NCBI GenBank assembly: GCA_000165345.1
Contig: CM000435.1
Location: 960,001-1,024,000 of the forward strand
Reading direction: 5' to 3'
Length of the DNA stretch: 64,000 nucleotides
Shown piece by piece: positions 22,001 to 31,607 of this stretch; within the stretch, counting starts at the first letter, position 1, and each line of letters starts with the position of its first letter. Below the pieces are notes generated by a model. It ran no database searches. It had not been told where the DNA came from and saw only the letters and a list, made by a program, of their open reading frames with translations. The translations under genes were made by a program, and so were the position numbers.

Positions 22001-25000
22001 CCAAACTCATCTCTATTACTAAACATTTCATCCATTAGAGTAGCTTTAATTTCGGTAAATAAGTTTTTCAAAACCTCATTGGACGAAATTTGTATTTCTT
22101 TACTTATAAAGTTCTCTTTTTGGTTATCTTGATCATCTATGGAAGGTATAACTTCCAACAATGAGGGATTTCTCCAAATAAGACTCAAATTAAGCAATGA
22201 AACATTTTTCAACAATGTTACAAGTTCTACTTTATTTGAAGTTCCAATTCCATGTTTTGAAATGTTTTGATCTAAATCGTCTGACTGAGGGTCCAACATC
22301 TTCCCATTTGGAAACAGTACAAGTTTAATAATTCTGTCATTGAGATCCTTTTTTTTATACAACTCCTCGAGAAATTGTCTAAGAGGTGTATCTTTTATAC
22401 TAAACTGCAAACTTCCTTCTTTCCTTGTATTTGCATCCTTCCAAGAAACTTCAATATCAAAAACTTCAGGTTCCAATTCGCTCACTATTAGAGTAAGGAT
22501 ATCTCCATCATTTAAGCCAAGGGTCTCGGCTGAAATATCCATTTCATTTTCTTGGTCCACAAATAATGATGCTCGGGATTCTGTCTGAAAACCTTTGAAC
22601 ACTTCCTTTGTGAGGTCTAAGAGTCCTCTGTTAGCAAGAGTAGGGATAATTGAAATGATTGGTACATTTCTGAGGCCAACAGTTACTTTTGTAGAAATAC
22701 CTATAGGATGACTACGCGTAATTCGAAGGTTAATTGTATCTTTTTGGGTTTTTGAGACAGAATCAACGTTTTGGCGAATTAAGTTGACAAGTTTCCTATA
22801 GGATTTCTTTCTCGGATAGTTTTCAAAGAGAGTTCCCCATTCATCGCAGATTAAGTCGACACTTGTATCTATAGGAACTTGGAATTTATCAAATAATTCA
22901 TTGACTTTCTTAATACAGTCATCTTTTTCCATATGTTCTTCTGCAAAAAGCTTGAGGATGTTTTCTTTTAAACCTGGATGGTTTTGGAATGGTAGGTAAT
23001 AACCAGAATAATCTCCGAGCCAGTTAATAAAATCAAAATCCAACTTTTTAGTATTACCATCAAGTTTGTTACCAATGAAACCAGTAATCATTGCACTTTC
23101 CTTAAAGGGAATATTGTTCTCAGTTAACTTAGATATTAATTGGCCATAGTTAAAGCCGTATATTGGATTCAAAGATGAGATAATCTTTGAAGCTTTATCT
23201 TTTCCAATATTAGGATGCTTTTCCAGGATAAAAGTAAGGAGTCTTCTATATATTGATGAAGGATGTAGAGCCAAAGGTTTATCCACATATTCTAGTACAT
23301 AAATAGAAAAGGTTTCAGAAAGAGATTCTAGCTGGTCTTTTGGAATAAAGTCAGTCAAATTGGAATATCTCTCCACACATTCTATAAAGCTCTTTGATAG
23401 AATTGTTCTGTCCTCAATATCTTTAATGTATGGTATATTTGAGAAGATTACTTCCATACATTTTGGAGGCAAAGTATTACCAGTCATATCATAGTACGTT
23501 ACACTTATTGCATATTTGTTGATCTCTGATTGAATATAACTATAATCTCTGGCTAGATAGATTCCAATTAAACTGCAAAATAAGATTGGATCAGACTTAA
23601 GCAGAGAATACCTGGAGTTATTCCAGTTGAGCAAAAGAAATTCATCCACACAGTTCAAAAAGTTGAACATATTGTTTGAAGTATTTTTTGAATCCTTGGC
23701 TACCATATAAAAAGGAGATCCAAAGTACTTGACAATATTGGAACTTTTAATTCTAACATCTATGTTTTCAGAAGAACCACTGCAAATATACTTATTAGTA
23801 AACATAAGTTGTTCCTGAGTGTTTAATTGGTTACTATAACTTCCAGAAATTCCCATCAGAGAGAGAACATCACTAAAGGGAGTTACTATAACCTGTCCCT
23901 TTTTAATTTCATCATATCTTGCCATAATAGTTTCTTGAGATAAGAATGTTAGAGTATTCCTCAGAAAGGCTTTCAAGCCAACAATTGAAAAGGAGACAGC
24001 ATTCATTAGATATCCTCTTGGAACATCCCCAGCAAAGTAAAGCTGTAAAGTGGCATCGAAGATTTCTTTGGTTCCCATAATACTCTTTTGACCTCCTTTA
24101 GAATCTTCTCCTGGGCTGGAAGTCCTAAAAGAGATCATTGTTGGCTGGGTTGTTGGGATAAATTCTCTAAGAGGGTTAATTCTAGAGAATATCTGGGAAA
24201 TAAGGCTATTCTCATTGCAAATTAAACTAATATATTCTTGCTTAATCGGACTGGGGTTCACCATTCTGATGAAGGGAAACTCCGGTTTGTATTTATATCC
24301 TTTGCTTAAAAATGGTTCGTGGCTATTAAGAACTTCAAGGTGTCTCCTACACTCGTTAATATCAAATCCATCATTCATTATTTGCAAAAGAGAATAAGTC
24401 ACACTTCTACCAAAAGTTGAGGTATAAATAGCCTTTTCTGAGGAGCTTATATATGGGAAATAGTCAGAGCTTGTATTTTGAGAAAGCCAAATTAATACCA
24501 GAGAAACAAAAGATGCAGTGTTAATATCAAACAGTTCTATCAGGTCTTTATTTACTCCTCTGTAAATGAAATAACATGTTCCAAAGGCAACAGAAATTTC
24601 CATCTTTAACTTTCCATCTAGAAGGGATTCAATGCAACTGAATAATTTAAATCTGGAAAGCCTAAGCATAGAGTTTTTTTTAATCCCAAAATCCATCAGA
24701 GAAGTTTCAATCTGTGTTTTTAAAGCTTTTCTGGAGCTTACAAGCTCTGGGATCTGAGTTGGCTCATTCCTCTCCTCTGTTAATCTGAGACCTCTGTAAA
24801 GGAAGAAAAGTCTACAGAGAAGCTCAGACTTTTGCATTGGAATCAAATATAACTTTAGAAGAAGGTCACTCGCAAACTGGCATTCAGAAAAAGAATATTC
24901 TTCAATTTTGTCTTGAGTTTTTGGAAAGTTTGCATCCAAAACGTCGTTTTTGTTTCTATAACTACTATTTGACATTTCAGCATCTATTGATTGTTCTCTT

Positions 25001-25821
25001 TTTTCCATCTTATAAATTTCCTTAATCCTAATTTGACGAATTGAATCAAAAATATAAATAATTTCTGGTTCTAAACTCAACCTTGTAAAGCTTTTACCAG
25101 TTAACTGAGAAATACTAACTCCAAGTTGTTCTTGGATGGATTGATCAAAAGCCAAGAGGTCAAATATATGGCTCAAAAATACAGGACTTCTACCAAATGT
25201 GAGTCCAATATTGTAGCAAATCCTCAAAGCTGTGGATCTGTGGAATGTACTCACCTTTTTGTTATCTTGGTCCAAAAGAACCTCAATATTCATCTCCACA
25301 GATTCAACACAAGTCTCAACAGAAAAGCTCTTACTGCTACAAAGAAATGATTGGACTGTATTCACAATTTCAGAGGGTAATTGCAAATTTTGCAATACAC
25401 CAGTTATCTTGGAATTGCAATTTATGGGACAGCCTAACTTATCTTTTCCAGAAGAATAAGAATTCTTGATTTCATTCATCATTGAAATAAAATTGTTAGA
25501 GTCAAGAATATCCCCCATTATCTCTTGCTCTGAAATTGTCTCCAATTTCTTGTCATCCTCTTTATTTAATAAACTTATGTATCTCCCCTCTTTTGACCGA
25601 ATCCAAACCGAGATTTCTTGGATACAAGCTTCACTTATTTCATTAAAATCTCCCGAAGAGCAGGAAGAAAACTTTGGAAGATCATATCCTGGGTTATATT
25701 TTAAACATGACGCTACTATAGCAAATATTTCCCCACCAGGGTTAGCCTCTAGAAAATTTAAATGTATTGCAAAAGTAAGAAAAAATGACAGAATGCACCA
25801 CTTTGATAGTGGGAGAATCAT
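16093..25821 (-). CDS. Giant hypothetical protein (3242 aa), uninterrupted, with an N-terminal hydrophobic segment
   Basis: ATG at 25821..25819 on the minus strand. N-terminus MILPLSKWCILSFFLTFAIHLNFLEA. The 9.7-kb frame is open, which is far beyond chance in AT-rich DNA. I found no P-loop, HECT, RING or kinase motifs. The C-terminal tail is Lys/Arg-rich. The E2F-like box TAGGCGGGCTTTTGC lies about 115 nt upstream. Confidence 0.7.
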   Translation of the reverse strand: MILPLSKWCILSFFLTFAIHLNFLEANPGGEIFAIVASCLKYNPGYDLPKFSSCSSGDFNEISEACIQEISVWIRSKEGRYISLLNKEDDKKLETISEQEIMGDILDSNNFISMMNEIKNSYSSGKDKLGCPINCNSKITGVLQNLQLPSEIVNTVQSFLCSSKSFSVETCVESVEMNIEVLLDQDNKKVSTFHRSTALRICYNIGLTFGRSPVFLSHIFDLLAFDQSIQEQLGVSISQLTGKSFTRLSLEPEIIYIFDSIRQIRIKEIYKMEKREQSIDAEMSNSSYRNKNDVLDANFPKTQDKIEEYSFSECQFASDLLLKLYLIPMQKSELLCRLFFLYRGLRLTEERNEPTQIPELVSSRKALKTQIETSLMDFGIKKNSMLRLSRFKLFSCIESLLDGKLKMEISVAFGTCYFIYRGVNKDLIELFDINTASFVSLVLIWLSQNTSSDYFPYISSSEKAIYTSTFGRSVTYSLLQIMNDGFDINECRRHLEVLNSHEPFLSKGYKYKPEFPFIRMVNPSPIKQEYISLICNENSLISQIFSRINPLREFIPTTQPTMISFRTSSPGEDSKGGQKSIMGTKEIFDATLQLYFAGDVPRGYLMNAVSFSIVGLKAFLRNTLTFLSQETIMARYDEIKKGQVIVTPFSDVLSLMGISGSYSNQLNTQEQLMFTNKYICSGSSENIDVRIKSSNIVKYFGSPFYMVAKDSKNTSNNMFNFLNCVDEFLLLNWNNSRYSLLKSDPILFCSLIGIYLARDYSYIQSEINKYAISVTYYDMTGNTLPPKCMEVIFSNIPYIKDIEDRTILSKSFIECVERYSNLTDFIPKDQLESLSETFSIYVLEYVDKPLALHPSSIYRRLLTFILEKHPNIGKDKASKIISSLNPIYGFNYGQLISKLTENNIPFKESAMITGFIGNKLDGNTKKLDFDFINWLGDYSGYYLPFQNHPGLKENILKLFAEEHMEKDDCIKKVNELFDKFQVPIDTSVDLICDEWGTLFENYPRKKSYRKLVNLIRQNVDSVSKTQKDTINLRITRSHPIGISTKVTVGLRNVPIISIIPTLANRGLLDLTKEVFKGFQTESRASLFVDQENEMDISAETLGLNDGDILTLIVSELEPEVFDIEVSWKDANTRKEGSLQFSIKDTPLRQFLEELYKKKDLNDRIIKLVLFPNGKMLDPQSDDLDQNISKHGIGTSNKVELVTLLKNVSLLNLSLIWRNPSLLEVIPSIDDQDNQKENFISKEIQISSNEVLKNLFTEIKATLMDEMFSNRDEFGVEKFEVVSIEILGDTQKTNALVLDNVQNIIQNDLEKYNSPISDYKIRDHDKILVNLIVEPFKTLNIVSKSQKLSYVAKITTIPHNFKNKSEHTYGLFHVLNMILENNIDLYDILVHEKYFIDKNEAKNIKGHYVNISPIIKTFNSAEKLAQNSLILLNSKKSVKKEWISLLIILKDNPAISKTIRFQNVMNSNKVSSILVKSFGNYIKPESLFTKNGKEIKLTGNNINIIFNDFSLKDNDVLYLTCIKHSFDTVDGKERSSSFGGISFERVEELLSSYGYIIQNSDQTRNDFLSHGETSEYPKNFNDLSHIEMFLRQLIPNINSERLISESRDYILQPNYRFPSALDRLAPLLTEDFLGQPIKNNLINDLNEKYGLLSLRKGDLFDFLGCIRSFRSFFFYNRPKKDVYTASIYNICNKMGNLLFRRKSWLTEQGVYGAFVSTLEEELLNPINIEKESIFLNPVNILGLLGPECIEISKNSLEKLYLNSSQIEGLEIPKIVDFDRVCTEIQSFINNYDESTGEYEKIVQVLPAYRLSRAIDTLFPKFWVENTFGALLPDISEVKYAIGPLFDFSKTFQFIRNYLEVHLNLLEQYPNCIIILTFLVIRNTMISSNIDPLVFSRKLVQFVLEKEYEETKRLSFTINQILNIIGKNPYIHLSDINHKTGNSWIWNTIKGNQIQEILDLKANLKHSNKFLLIFNQSENLCPVSLAPTEPNTKLGEDVQALINYFTEGILTKNNQLGGISERFKINDLTLISENLDHFKGDSFYKIIKSNILDIVKNNTKEMKKAIGYSDSGNYNHEYVPFIVAYNVVSNVNRNERKKSELMHSFLKFFIQEIFLSLGILIGNIEVEHITENLLEHFDWYKMNVSKDNLITALIEASPINSATFIDSEKNQAISEIADLIINILESEDPIKTTGYQALSTSNYLDLRLTPRVHFYKSFKNSKFRIDKDNIEDINRVLSKKEGYPENILKLFNNHLQESVKIFNSEIIHVGRLGKMVLSPRQEHIGAIFLSYGYFNIQPSSLLNNFNHIHCFSSVLNIITDESKRLDHYYQICMSICTEVDEISFSSCEKLLIQSIVSTLLSYEWPQPLKRLVSFLKYEYVFDHDLETLREIYLDENTKRLSEEWVELFKNMKYFSNFYDIINDFKPRVNQILVNKNIKEPNSGFGLIDFIGELISCWTRETGEERIKKFLFTYGYPVELLKPLSNIWPGDGRNRINLTVTTPGKGTLKKLRDSLNQEIQVRGLDIEKDSDSFVNEMIERLTKQILGINIRLVEKIPSSMHKFQNIKMAENGVDIENLISKLDKNGPISIYISLNDCISETNKQINNHLDLSYSAILSFCVGIINEISYKKMSNLNEMSQNHFFSKFSDARNELYFVTIFYGLQFALNRIFQGIISKNMIKDYLLLMTHQLYQLNNELGIFNFVTGFIIKFRLPIDPHILSYYLKEVILNLNSGINIDKSDEIKIYQNIPDIILSNKGFYKLVYEATKQLFDNVGDELEENHFKLLFKEKNLQELIERGFNPINIQEFTNKITNKGQKDIIFEFGKELGMNSLSFKLIYIHKILQSRILEILKDKEISKIQRQFITKVGSNLSPMDKLVYELIYTYKENCVVEMIRKYTSETKEINNGPHFEYAFKLCEELLIPIEKITHDIDKTFGFDYFGGIVNCDRIRINEDIEKLKTDISIILNYLNNFNLITSFFELKQTKDLKLEKTIQFVDKKIERRSNKPKILRFFNSWDQPVNKKILMEIKIRKNIFNSILSFLDNHVFMVIPMFRKISDLLKKNLDIIEYQKIKRTLSKLVLTLVTIKDPYSVPSIIKNNYKIRAEYLREASNYKAKISSHEKKDIQIFGISLLPYYLKISWYIYYLSTISDETNVLLNQLPNFKVAKINKSKKKKRRIGISGISLSKFRRNQTKDHLKSNSSSKSLNIDSGDKADINNEKKNKDLNLFKRINRYFKKHMKKKKV

Positions 25822-26081
25822 TTCTGAGATTCTAATTCACCAATTCCCCAATTTATTACGAGATACACATTTACTCTTTTTGAATCGATTTTCCATAGTT
25901 TTCGACCAATTACATGCAATTTACGACGGAGATCTAGGCGGGCTTTTGCTCCGAATCTTTAAAAGCAGTAGTAAGGTGGGATTTTAACTAAATAGTCAAA
26001 TAAAATGAAGAAATTGATTAGTTAATTAAAAACTAAATTATTCTGGCTAGATATATTTGTTTATGACCTAAACAAGCTAAC

Positions 26082-29000
26082 TCATCTTAAGTTGGAGCTC
26101 CTGCTCTTTCTTGAGGATTGAAAGCTATTACTAATAGGCACTGGACCGCTCTTAATTGAGCTGAAATCATCAAGTTCAACCGCTTTAGCTTGTCTTCCAA
26201 AAATTTTTTCTTCTGAATTTTTCTTTATGGATTGGTTAGTGTCGTATAGGGCGTTAGTAAACTCATCAGGATTTCTTAGTGCTGGGTATTTAAGATCTTC
26301 AAAGATGTCCATAGAATCTGAGGCAGAGAATACCGCCCCCCATAGATCACTTCCAGTAGATCCATAGTGTTTTGCATGTAGGTTGAGTGAATTATCCATT
26401 ACATTGTAATCTGAGTAATTATCTTCATCATATGAGCTTACCTCTCCCTGTTGGCCCTTATCAAAGTTTTCTAGTAAATAAGGCTGAACTATATACTCTC
26501 TAGAAATGTGATCTTTCCCTCCTCTCATAACAACAGTCATAGAGGGAGAGCTGACTACTTTGATACATTTTGTGCATCTATCTTCAGCTAGATCGAATTT
26601 AAAAAGAACAGGAATCAACCCCTCTCCTTTTGATATTTCAACTCTACTATTGATTGACTTGAGAATAGCTCCTTCTGAAACATTCTTCTCACTCTTTTGT
26701 TTGGTTTGATTTTCGTTCACTTTTTCATTGAGCTCCTTTGCTACTTCACATACGAATGTCCAGCTCCAAATCGAGTTGTTCTTCAAACGAACCACTGAAT
26801 GCCACCACCCTGACTGAATTTCAACAACATGGGATTTCAATTCTGAAAGTTCTACAAGCTTTGGAGTAAAGAAATTCTTGTGTAATGTTTTCTCCAGATA
26901 TTCATTCCAAACAGGTACTTGTCCCCATTGGTATACTTCACCATTAGTTGTAAGAGCTAAGGCAAAGTTATATCCAAGAGATATTTGAGAGACTCTTGAA
27001 ATATTTGAAAGGATTTTAGGCCTTTTGGTACTATATACACCCTTCCCAAGGCCAAGAATTCCATTCTGAGCAACTCCAAAGACTGCAACAACTCCATTGA
27101 TTCCAATCATAAAAGTGGTTCCTAGTCCACAGCTTAGTGAATTAATTCTCCCCAGTTTTTTGATAGCTGGACTCCTGAGCTGCATTGGGATAAACAACGA
27201 ATCATGAACATCTTCCAACCCCAAATCATCCCCTCTACCCCAAACTAGAACCTCATTCTCAATCGTTACTGCTACACAATGGAATGCTCCTGCTCTTGCC
27301 AATGTAATCCTTGTTTGCTTCCAGTCAGCAGGCAGAGAAATTAAAGTTGGAGTTGAAATCTGATACTCTGTTGCATCACATCCACATTGACCATATTCAT
27401 TTGCTCCCCAACAGTAAACTGAACCCACTTCACTTAAGGCTAAGGTGTGATCTACTCCACATGAAATACTCTTAATCTTATTTTGAATATTCAAACTCTC
27501 TGCTGGCTTAATCAAAGCTCTTCCAAGAAGCTCGCTACCAGGCTTTCCAAGCCCTAATTGAGACTTATCATTCATTCCGAAAGAGTATAGGCTGCCTTCA
27601 CAAGTTAAGACAACTGTGTGGAACCCTCCAATGCCAACTTCTTGGATTGAACTTCCTGATCTAAGTAAACCCGTTATTGATTCCATCCATCCTGCTGGAT
27701 ACTCTCTACTGGTATCTACATCTACTAATATCTGAATTATTTGGAGTCCCTTTGGAGACTTCTCTAATTTGGAACCAATCACAACTCTATTCTTATTTCT
27801 TCTTTCTAAGTCCCATTGTACTAGTATCTGACATTCACTTTGAGTCATAAAGTCTGTTCTTACTTTCTCTGCCATTAGTAAAACAAATAGTTTTTCCTCT
27901 CGAATTATTTGTCTGACTCTATCTCCTCTCCACCAACTCTGAATACATTTTATGGATTTGAGCATATTCTTCCAATATAACCTAGTCAAAGCTGAGTGTA
28001 GACGTGGTTGGAGAACATCTGCCACCCAAAATAGTCTATCAAGGTGAGCCAAAATCCAATATCTTTTGATTAAACATTGAATTTTCATTACATACTCACT
28101 CTTCCAAAGCTTGATTCTGATCTTCTCAAAGAAGTGAGAATGTTGGATCGTCTTTCTGACATAATACCCTCTCCATACACTCTGAATCTTTCTTGCTGGT
28201 GTTGCTATACGAATATAATGAATCATGATTTGCCTTAAATAATAATATCTCCAAACTCTTTGGATTTTGATTGCCTTTGCTTGTTTAATAGAGTATATTC
28301 TCAAAAGAATGACTAATCTCTTCTTTTTATAATGAATCCAAGCACTCTGAAGCTTTTTTGCTGCTGCTTCCGATTTAATTCTACGGAGAATATCCAAAAA
28401 GGTATTCTTTGCTTTCAAAACATTCACCAAAAGCTTGACAAAAGATACAAACTTCTTACATGCAGCTTTCCTTCTTAAAGCTGTTCCTATCTCCTTTCTT
28501 ACTCTGTGTCCTCTATATATCCTTTGAATAGTTATGATTGTTCTATTATAATTTCTCATAGCATTTGGAAGGTTCATTATAAGTGAAACACCAACAAGGT
28601 AATTCAAAAGTCTATTCTTTGCTACTCCTTCTTTATTTAAGATATACATTCTCACTAGACTCTGACATCTAATCAAAGATACTGAAAATTCCTTTAATTG
28701 CTTTCTAAGTTTTGAAAGTCTAAATATCTCCCTCAAAGTTTCTGCCAATGGAGCTAAACTCTTTGTCACAGATCTAAAGAATCTTTCTACCGCTATCCAA
28801 CCATCTTTTTTGATAAAGATCTTCGTATTACCGATTTGCCATTCTGTTTCAGGTATCTTCATAGTATTCATTGCTTGCCTACATTGTTGTTTCAAATCTG
28901 ATCCCGAAGATATGGTTTGTCCCATCAATTTCATAATCATTGAATTCTCTTTCATAAAGTTTTCAAAAGTCTCTCTATATGCATATCCTTTTTGAACTAA

Positions 29001-31064
29001 TAATATTGCTTCCATAATTGATAGACTTTGAAGTTGATCAACTACCATATCAGCTTCAATTAGATTTGGTACCTTCTTTTCGTTTGCTTTGACACATCTA
29101 ATAAATTGAGCATTTGTAGCTTTTAATGTATCAAGTAGATGTCCTATAGAAACCCTAAAAATACTTGCAAGGAACTTCCCCTTAAGCTTATTAGAATTAA
29201 GAATTTCAACTTTCTCAAAACAACCTTTAATAATTGAATTCTTGGATTCTTTAAAAAGTTTGATAATTTCTGGCCTAATTCTATGTTTATTTTTCAGAAC
29301 AAACTCTCTGGTAGTGTACTCTACTGTAGTTGCTGTATGTTCAATGATGAATTTGTCTGGGACATTTCCTTTTGGAAGTTTATATCCACTTTTCTTTCCA
29401 CAATTCTTATGAGCACTATTAGTGAAACTCTCATAAGTACCATTTGATACTAAACAAGACTCTTCAAGTAAATCAAAGATACCTCCTTTACCATCAAATA
29501 GCTGAACAAGTGAGGAATTATCTTCATATGTGATATTATCATGAGAAATTGACTCTTTTTCATATTCTTGTAATTCTGCCTGAAAAACTGAAGAAATGAA
29601 GAATTGTTGTAGTTTTTCATTTGCAAAGTTAATTAGAAACTGCTCAAAACCATTAACTTTAAATACTTCAAAACCATAAATATCCAAAATTCCAATCCAT
29701 TGTCTTTTATTATCATCAAATTCAATTGCCTTATTAACTAGATCTATCAAGTACTCGAAACATTTTAAATAGACTTCCTTTCCACAACTTTCTATTTGTT
29801 CTTGTGCCTTGGCCTTATTTAATGCTGAAACAACGACGTTGCCTCTGATTTCAATACTACTTGTAAGTAAAAGCTCTTCAAATTGTTTAGAATCGATTCC
29901 CCAGAGTTCTGAGACATCCGATAATATACCTTGACTTTCAATACAAGCAGCATCTTCGATTCCTCTGGATTCGTGTTCTCCAAGTTCAAAGTTTCCCATT
30001 AGTAAAATAGCAGAAAATAGAGAGATGAGTTGATCAATTGCTTCTTGGTTTGGTAAGATTCTTTCCAACTGAGGAAATACACAATTTTTAAACTCTTTAA
30101 TGTCATCAATGTTTTGAACATCATAACAATTCGATACATTCAAATATTTATACCAGTCCATTCCACGTAATTTATATTTAGAAATGTCAGCTTGGGAAGT
30201 ATATGATTTAATTATTTGGTAGAAGATGTGATAAGATCTTTCATTTTCAATTTGGTGACCTATTCTACTGAGTTCCAACATATAACTTGAAATTGCACCT
30301 CCAACAATACCATTAGATCTTTCTAGACATAACTTGATAAATCTACCAAACCTACTGGAGTTATTATTCCTTAGTGTTTTTGCATTTCCTAAAGCTTCCA
30401 ATAGTGGGTTTGCTCCTAGGATGACTTCCTGGACCTTATTATCAGATCCCATTCCTGAAGAAGCAAAATAAGTCATGAGTTGTCTTGCAGTTTCAGTTTT
30501 TCCTGCTCCAGATTCTCCAGATACAATACATGACTGATTGATTTTTTGAGTATCCAGGAGCTGCATCGATCTCTGAGCAACAGCAAAAGTGTGAGGAGGA
30601 AGGTCACTTGGGAAGCCCATAGAATAATCAGCTCCTTTATAGAGTCTGATTTTTTCTGGACCATAGAGTCCTTCAATCATCTTAAAAGGGTTTACAGCAA
30701 CAAGTAATCTACCAGCATAAGAGTAGATTAAGTCCATACTGAATCTCTTGTTGATGACATCCAATACAGAGGCTTCACTCACGTGAGGTAATTTAGTTAG
30801 GTCATTGATTTGCATAGCATCAATTCCAACATTATAGTTAAAACACATATTAAAGTCAACATCTATTTCTCCTTCACCTTCAATACTAACATGTATAGTC
30901 TTTTCGCCAAAGCTTTTGATTATACCTACCTTATAATTGTGATTTATCCCATTTTCTGGACATTTAACCCAAACTGGAGTATCAATAAGAAGCTCATCAT
31001 TTCCTACCATGGAATACCTCCTTTTGAGCTCCATTTCCTTTTGAGGGTTATTTTTTTTAATCAT
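26082..31064 (-). CDS. Myosin heavy chain, apicomplexan class XIV MyoH-like: motor domain, multiple IQ motifs and C-terminal RCC1/ATS1 repeats (1660 aa)
   Basis: P-loop GESGAGKTE, switch region LDIYGFE and LEEA-like SH1 region. About 8 IQ motifs are present (IQRIYRGHRVRK, KLQSAWIHYKKKR, KIQRVWRYYYLRQ, KIQSVWRGYYVRK, IQSWWRGDRVRQ). The RCC1 blades are GGFHTVVLTCEGSLYSFG, CGVDHTLALSEVGSVYCWGANEYGQCG and AGAFHCVAVTIENEVLVWGRG. Confidence 0.85.
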   Translation of the reverse strand: MIKKNNPQKEMELKRRYSMVGNDELLIDTPVWVKCPENGINHNYKVGIIKSFGEKTIHVSIEGEGEIDVDFNMCFNYNVGIDAMQINDLTKLPHVSEASVLDVINKRFSMDLIYSYAGRLLVAVNPFKMIEGLYGPEKIRLYKGADYSMGFPSDLPPHTFAVAQRSMQLLDTQKINQSCIVSGESGAGKTETARQLMTYFASSGMGSDNKVQEVILGANPLLEALGNAKTLRNNNSSRFGRFIKLCLERSNGIVGGAISSYMLELSRIGHQIENERSYHIFYQIIKSYTSQADISKYKLRGMDWYKYLNVSNCYDVQNIDDIKEFKNCVFPQLERILPNQEAIDQLISLFSAILLMGNFELGEHESRGIEDAACIESQGILSDVSELWGIDSKQFEELLLTSSIEIRGNVVVSALNKAKAQEQIESCGKEVYLKCFEYLIDLVNKAIEFDDNKRQWIGILDIYGFEVFKVNGFEQFLINFANEKLQQFFISSVFQAELQEYEKESISHDNITYEDNSSLVQLFDGKGGIFDLLEESCLVSNGTYESFTNSAHKNCGKKSGYKLPKGNVPDKFIIEHTATTVEYTTREFVLKNKHRIRPEIIKLFKESKNSIIKGCFEKVEILNSNKLKGKFLASIFRVSIGHLLDTLKATNAQFIRCVKANEKKVPNLIEADMVVDQLQSLSIMEAILLVQKGYAYRETFENFMKENSMIMKLMGQTISSGSDLKQQCRQAMNTMKIPETEWQIGNTKIFIKKDGWIAVERFFRSVTKSLAPLAETLREIFRLSKLRKQLKEFSVSLIRCQSLVRMYILNKEGVAKNRLLNYLVGVSLIMNLPNAMRNYNRTIITIQRIYRGHRVRKEIGTALRRKAACKKFVSFVKLLVNVLKAKNTFLDILRRIKSEAAAKKLQSAWIHYKKKRLVILLRIYSIKQAKAIKIQRVWRYYYLRQIMIHYIRIATPARKIQSVWRGYYVRKTIQHSHFFEKIRIKLWKSEYVMKIQCLIKRYWILAHLDRLFWVADVLQPRLHSALTRLYWKNMLKSIKCIQSWWRGDRVRQIIREEKLFVLLMAEKVRTDFMTQSECQILVQWDLERRNKNRVVIGSKLEKSPKGLQIIQILVDVDTSREYPAGWMESITGLLRSGSSIQEVGIGGFHTVVLTCEGSLYSFGMNDKSQLGLGKPGSELLGRALIKPAESLNIQNKIKSISCGVDHTLALSEVGSVYCWGANEYGQCGCDATEYQISTPTLISLPADWKQTRITLARAGAFHCVAVTIENEVLVWGRGDDLGLEDVHDSLFIPMQLRSPAIKKLGRINSLSCGLGTTFMIGINGVVAVFGVAQNGILGLGKGVYSTKRPKILSNISRVSQISLGYNFALALTTNGEVYQWGQVPVWNEYLEKTLHKNFFTPKLVELSELKSHVVEIQSGWWHSVVRLKNNSIWSWTFVCEVAKELNEKVNENQTKQKSEKNVSEGAILKSINSRVEISKGEGLIPVLFKFDLAEDRCTKCIKVVSSPSMTVVMRGGKDHISREYIVQPYLLENFDKGQQGEVSSYDEDNYSDYNVMDNSLNLHAKHYGSTGSDLWGAVFSASDSMDIFEDLKYPALRNPDEFTNALYDTNQSIKKNSEEKIFGRQAKAVELDDFSSIKSGPVPISNSFQSSRKSRSSNLR

Positions 31065-31295
31065 CTTTAAAGCTCTTCAGGTCTTTTCTTTAGAATTCCG
31101 ATTACCTTGAATGGAGGGCAAATTTAAAATATAGGTATTGTCCACCTCTTATAGAAACTATCTAATAAATTTGAGCATACAGGAAATTAAATTCCTATTA
31201 AATCTACTAAAGGGAGATGATCATGAAGTGTTTCTTTTTTTTTTCTTGAAATTTAATCACTTTTGACCATTTTCTAGTGTGTGCATGAGCACAAC

Positions 31296-31313
31296 GTTGG
31301 CGCCAAATAAAAA
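31296..31313. promoter_or_regulatory. E2F-like GTTGGCGCCAAATAAAAA about 235 nt upstream of the myosin ATG
   Basis: Palindromic GGCGCC core. Confidence 0.45.
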
Positions 31314-31607
31314 TTATTTTTAAACAAAAAATAAAGGAACTTTAAAATTAAAGAATTTTAGATGAATTCTGGATTTTGTATGGGAAAAATAATAGTTACA
31401 ACAAACTTTTTTTGATGAATTTTTTATGTTTTCTTTAGTATTTCTGATATAATTGTATCTGACTAGAATTAGTAGAGCAGACTTATCCTCACTAAATGTA
31501 AAAGGAAACAAATCAAACGAGGTTAAGAAGTTTATATAGCTATTTCTACTTTGAATTTCTAAATTCAATTTAGGAACCATAAATCAATAGATTGTGGAGC
31601 GTTAAAC

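Noticed and set aside
25466-25987. 173-aa + strand ORF overlapping the start of the giant gene
   Set aside because: It is antisense to the N-terminus of a 3242-aa ORF and has no motif. AT-rich DNA often gives such shadows. The same applies to 2320..2700, 12655..12864, 42064..42435, 43467..43865, 45300..45717 and 53136..53486.
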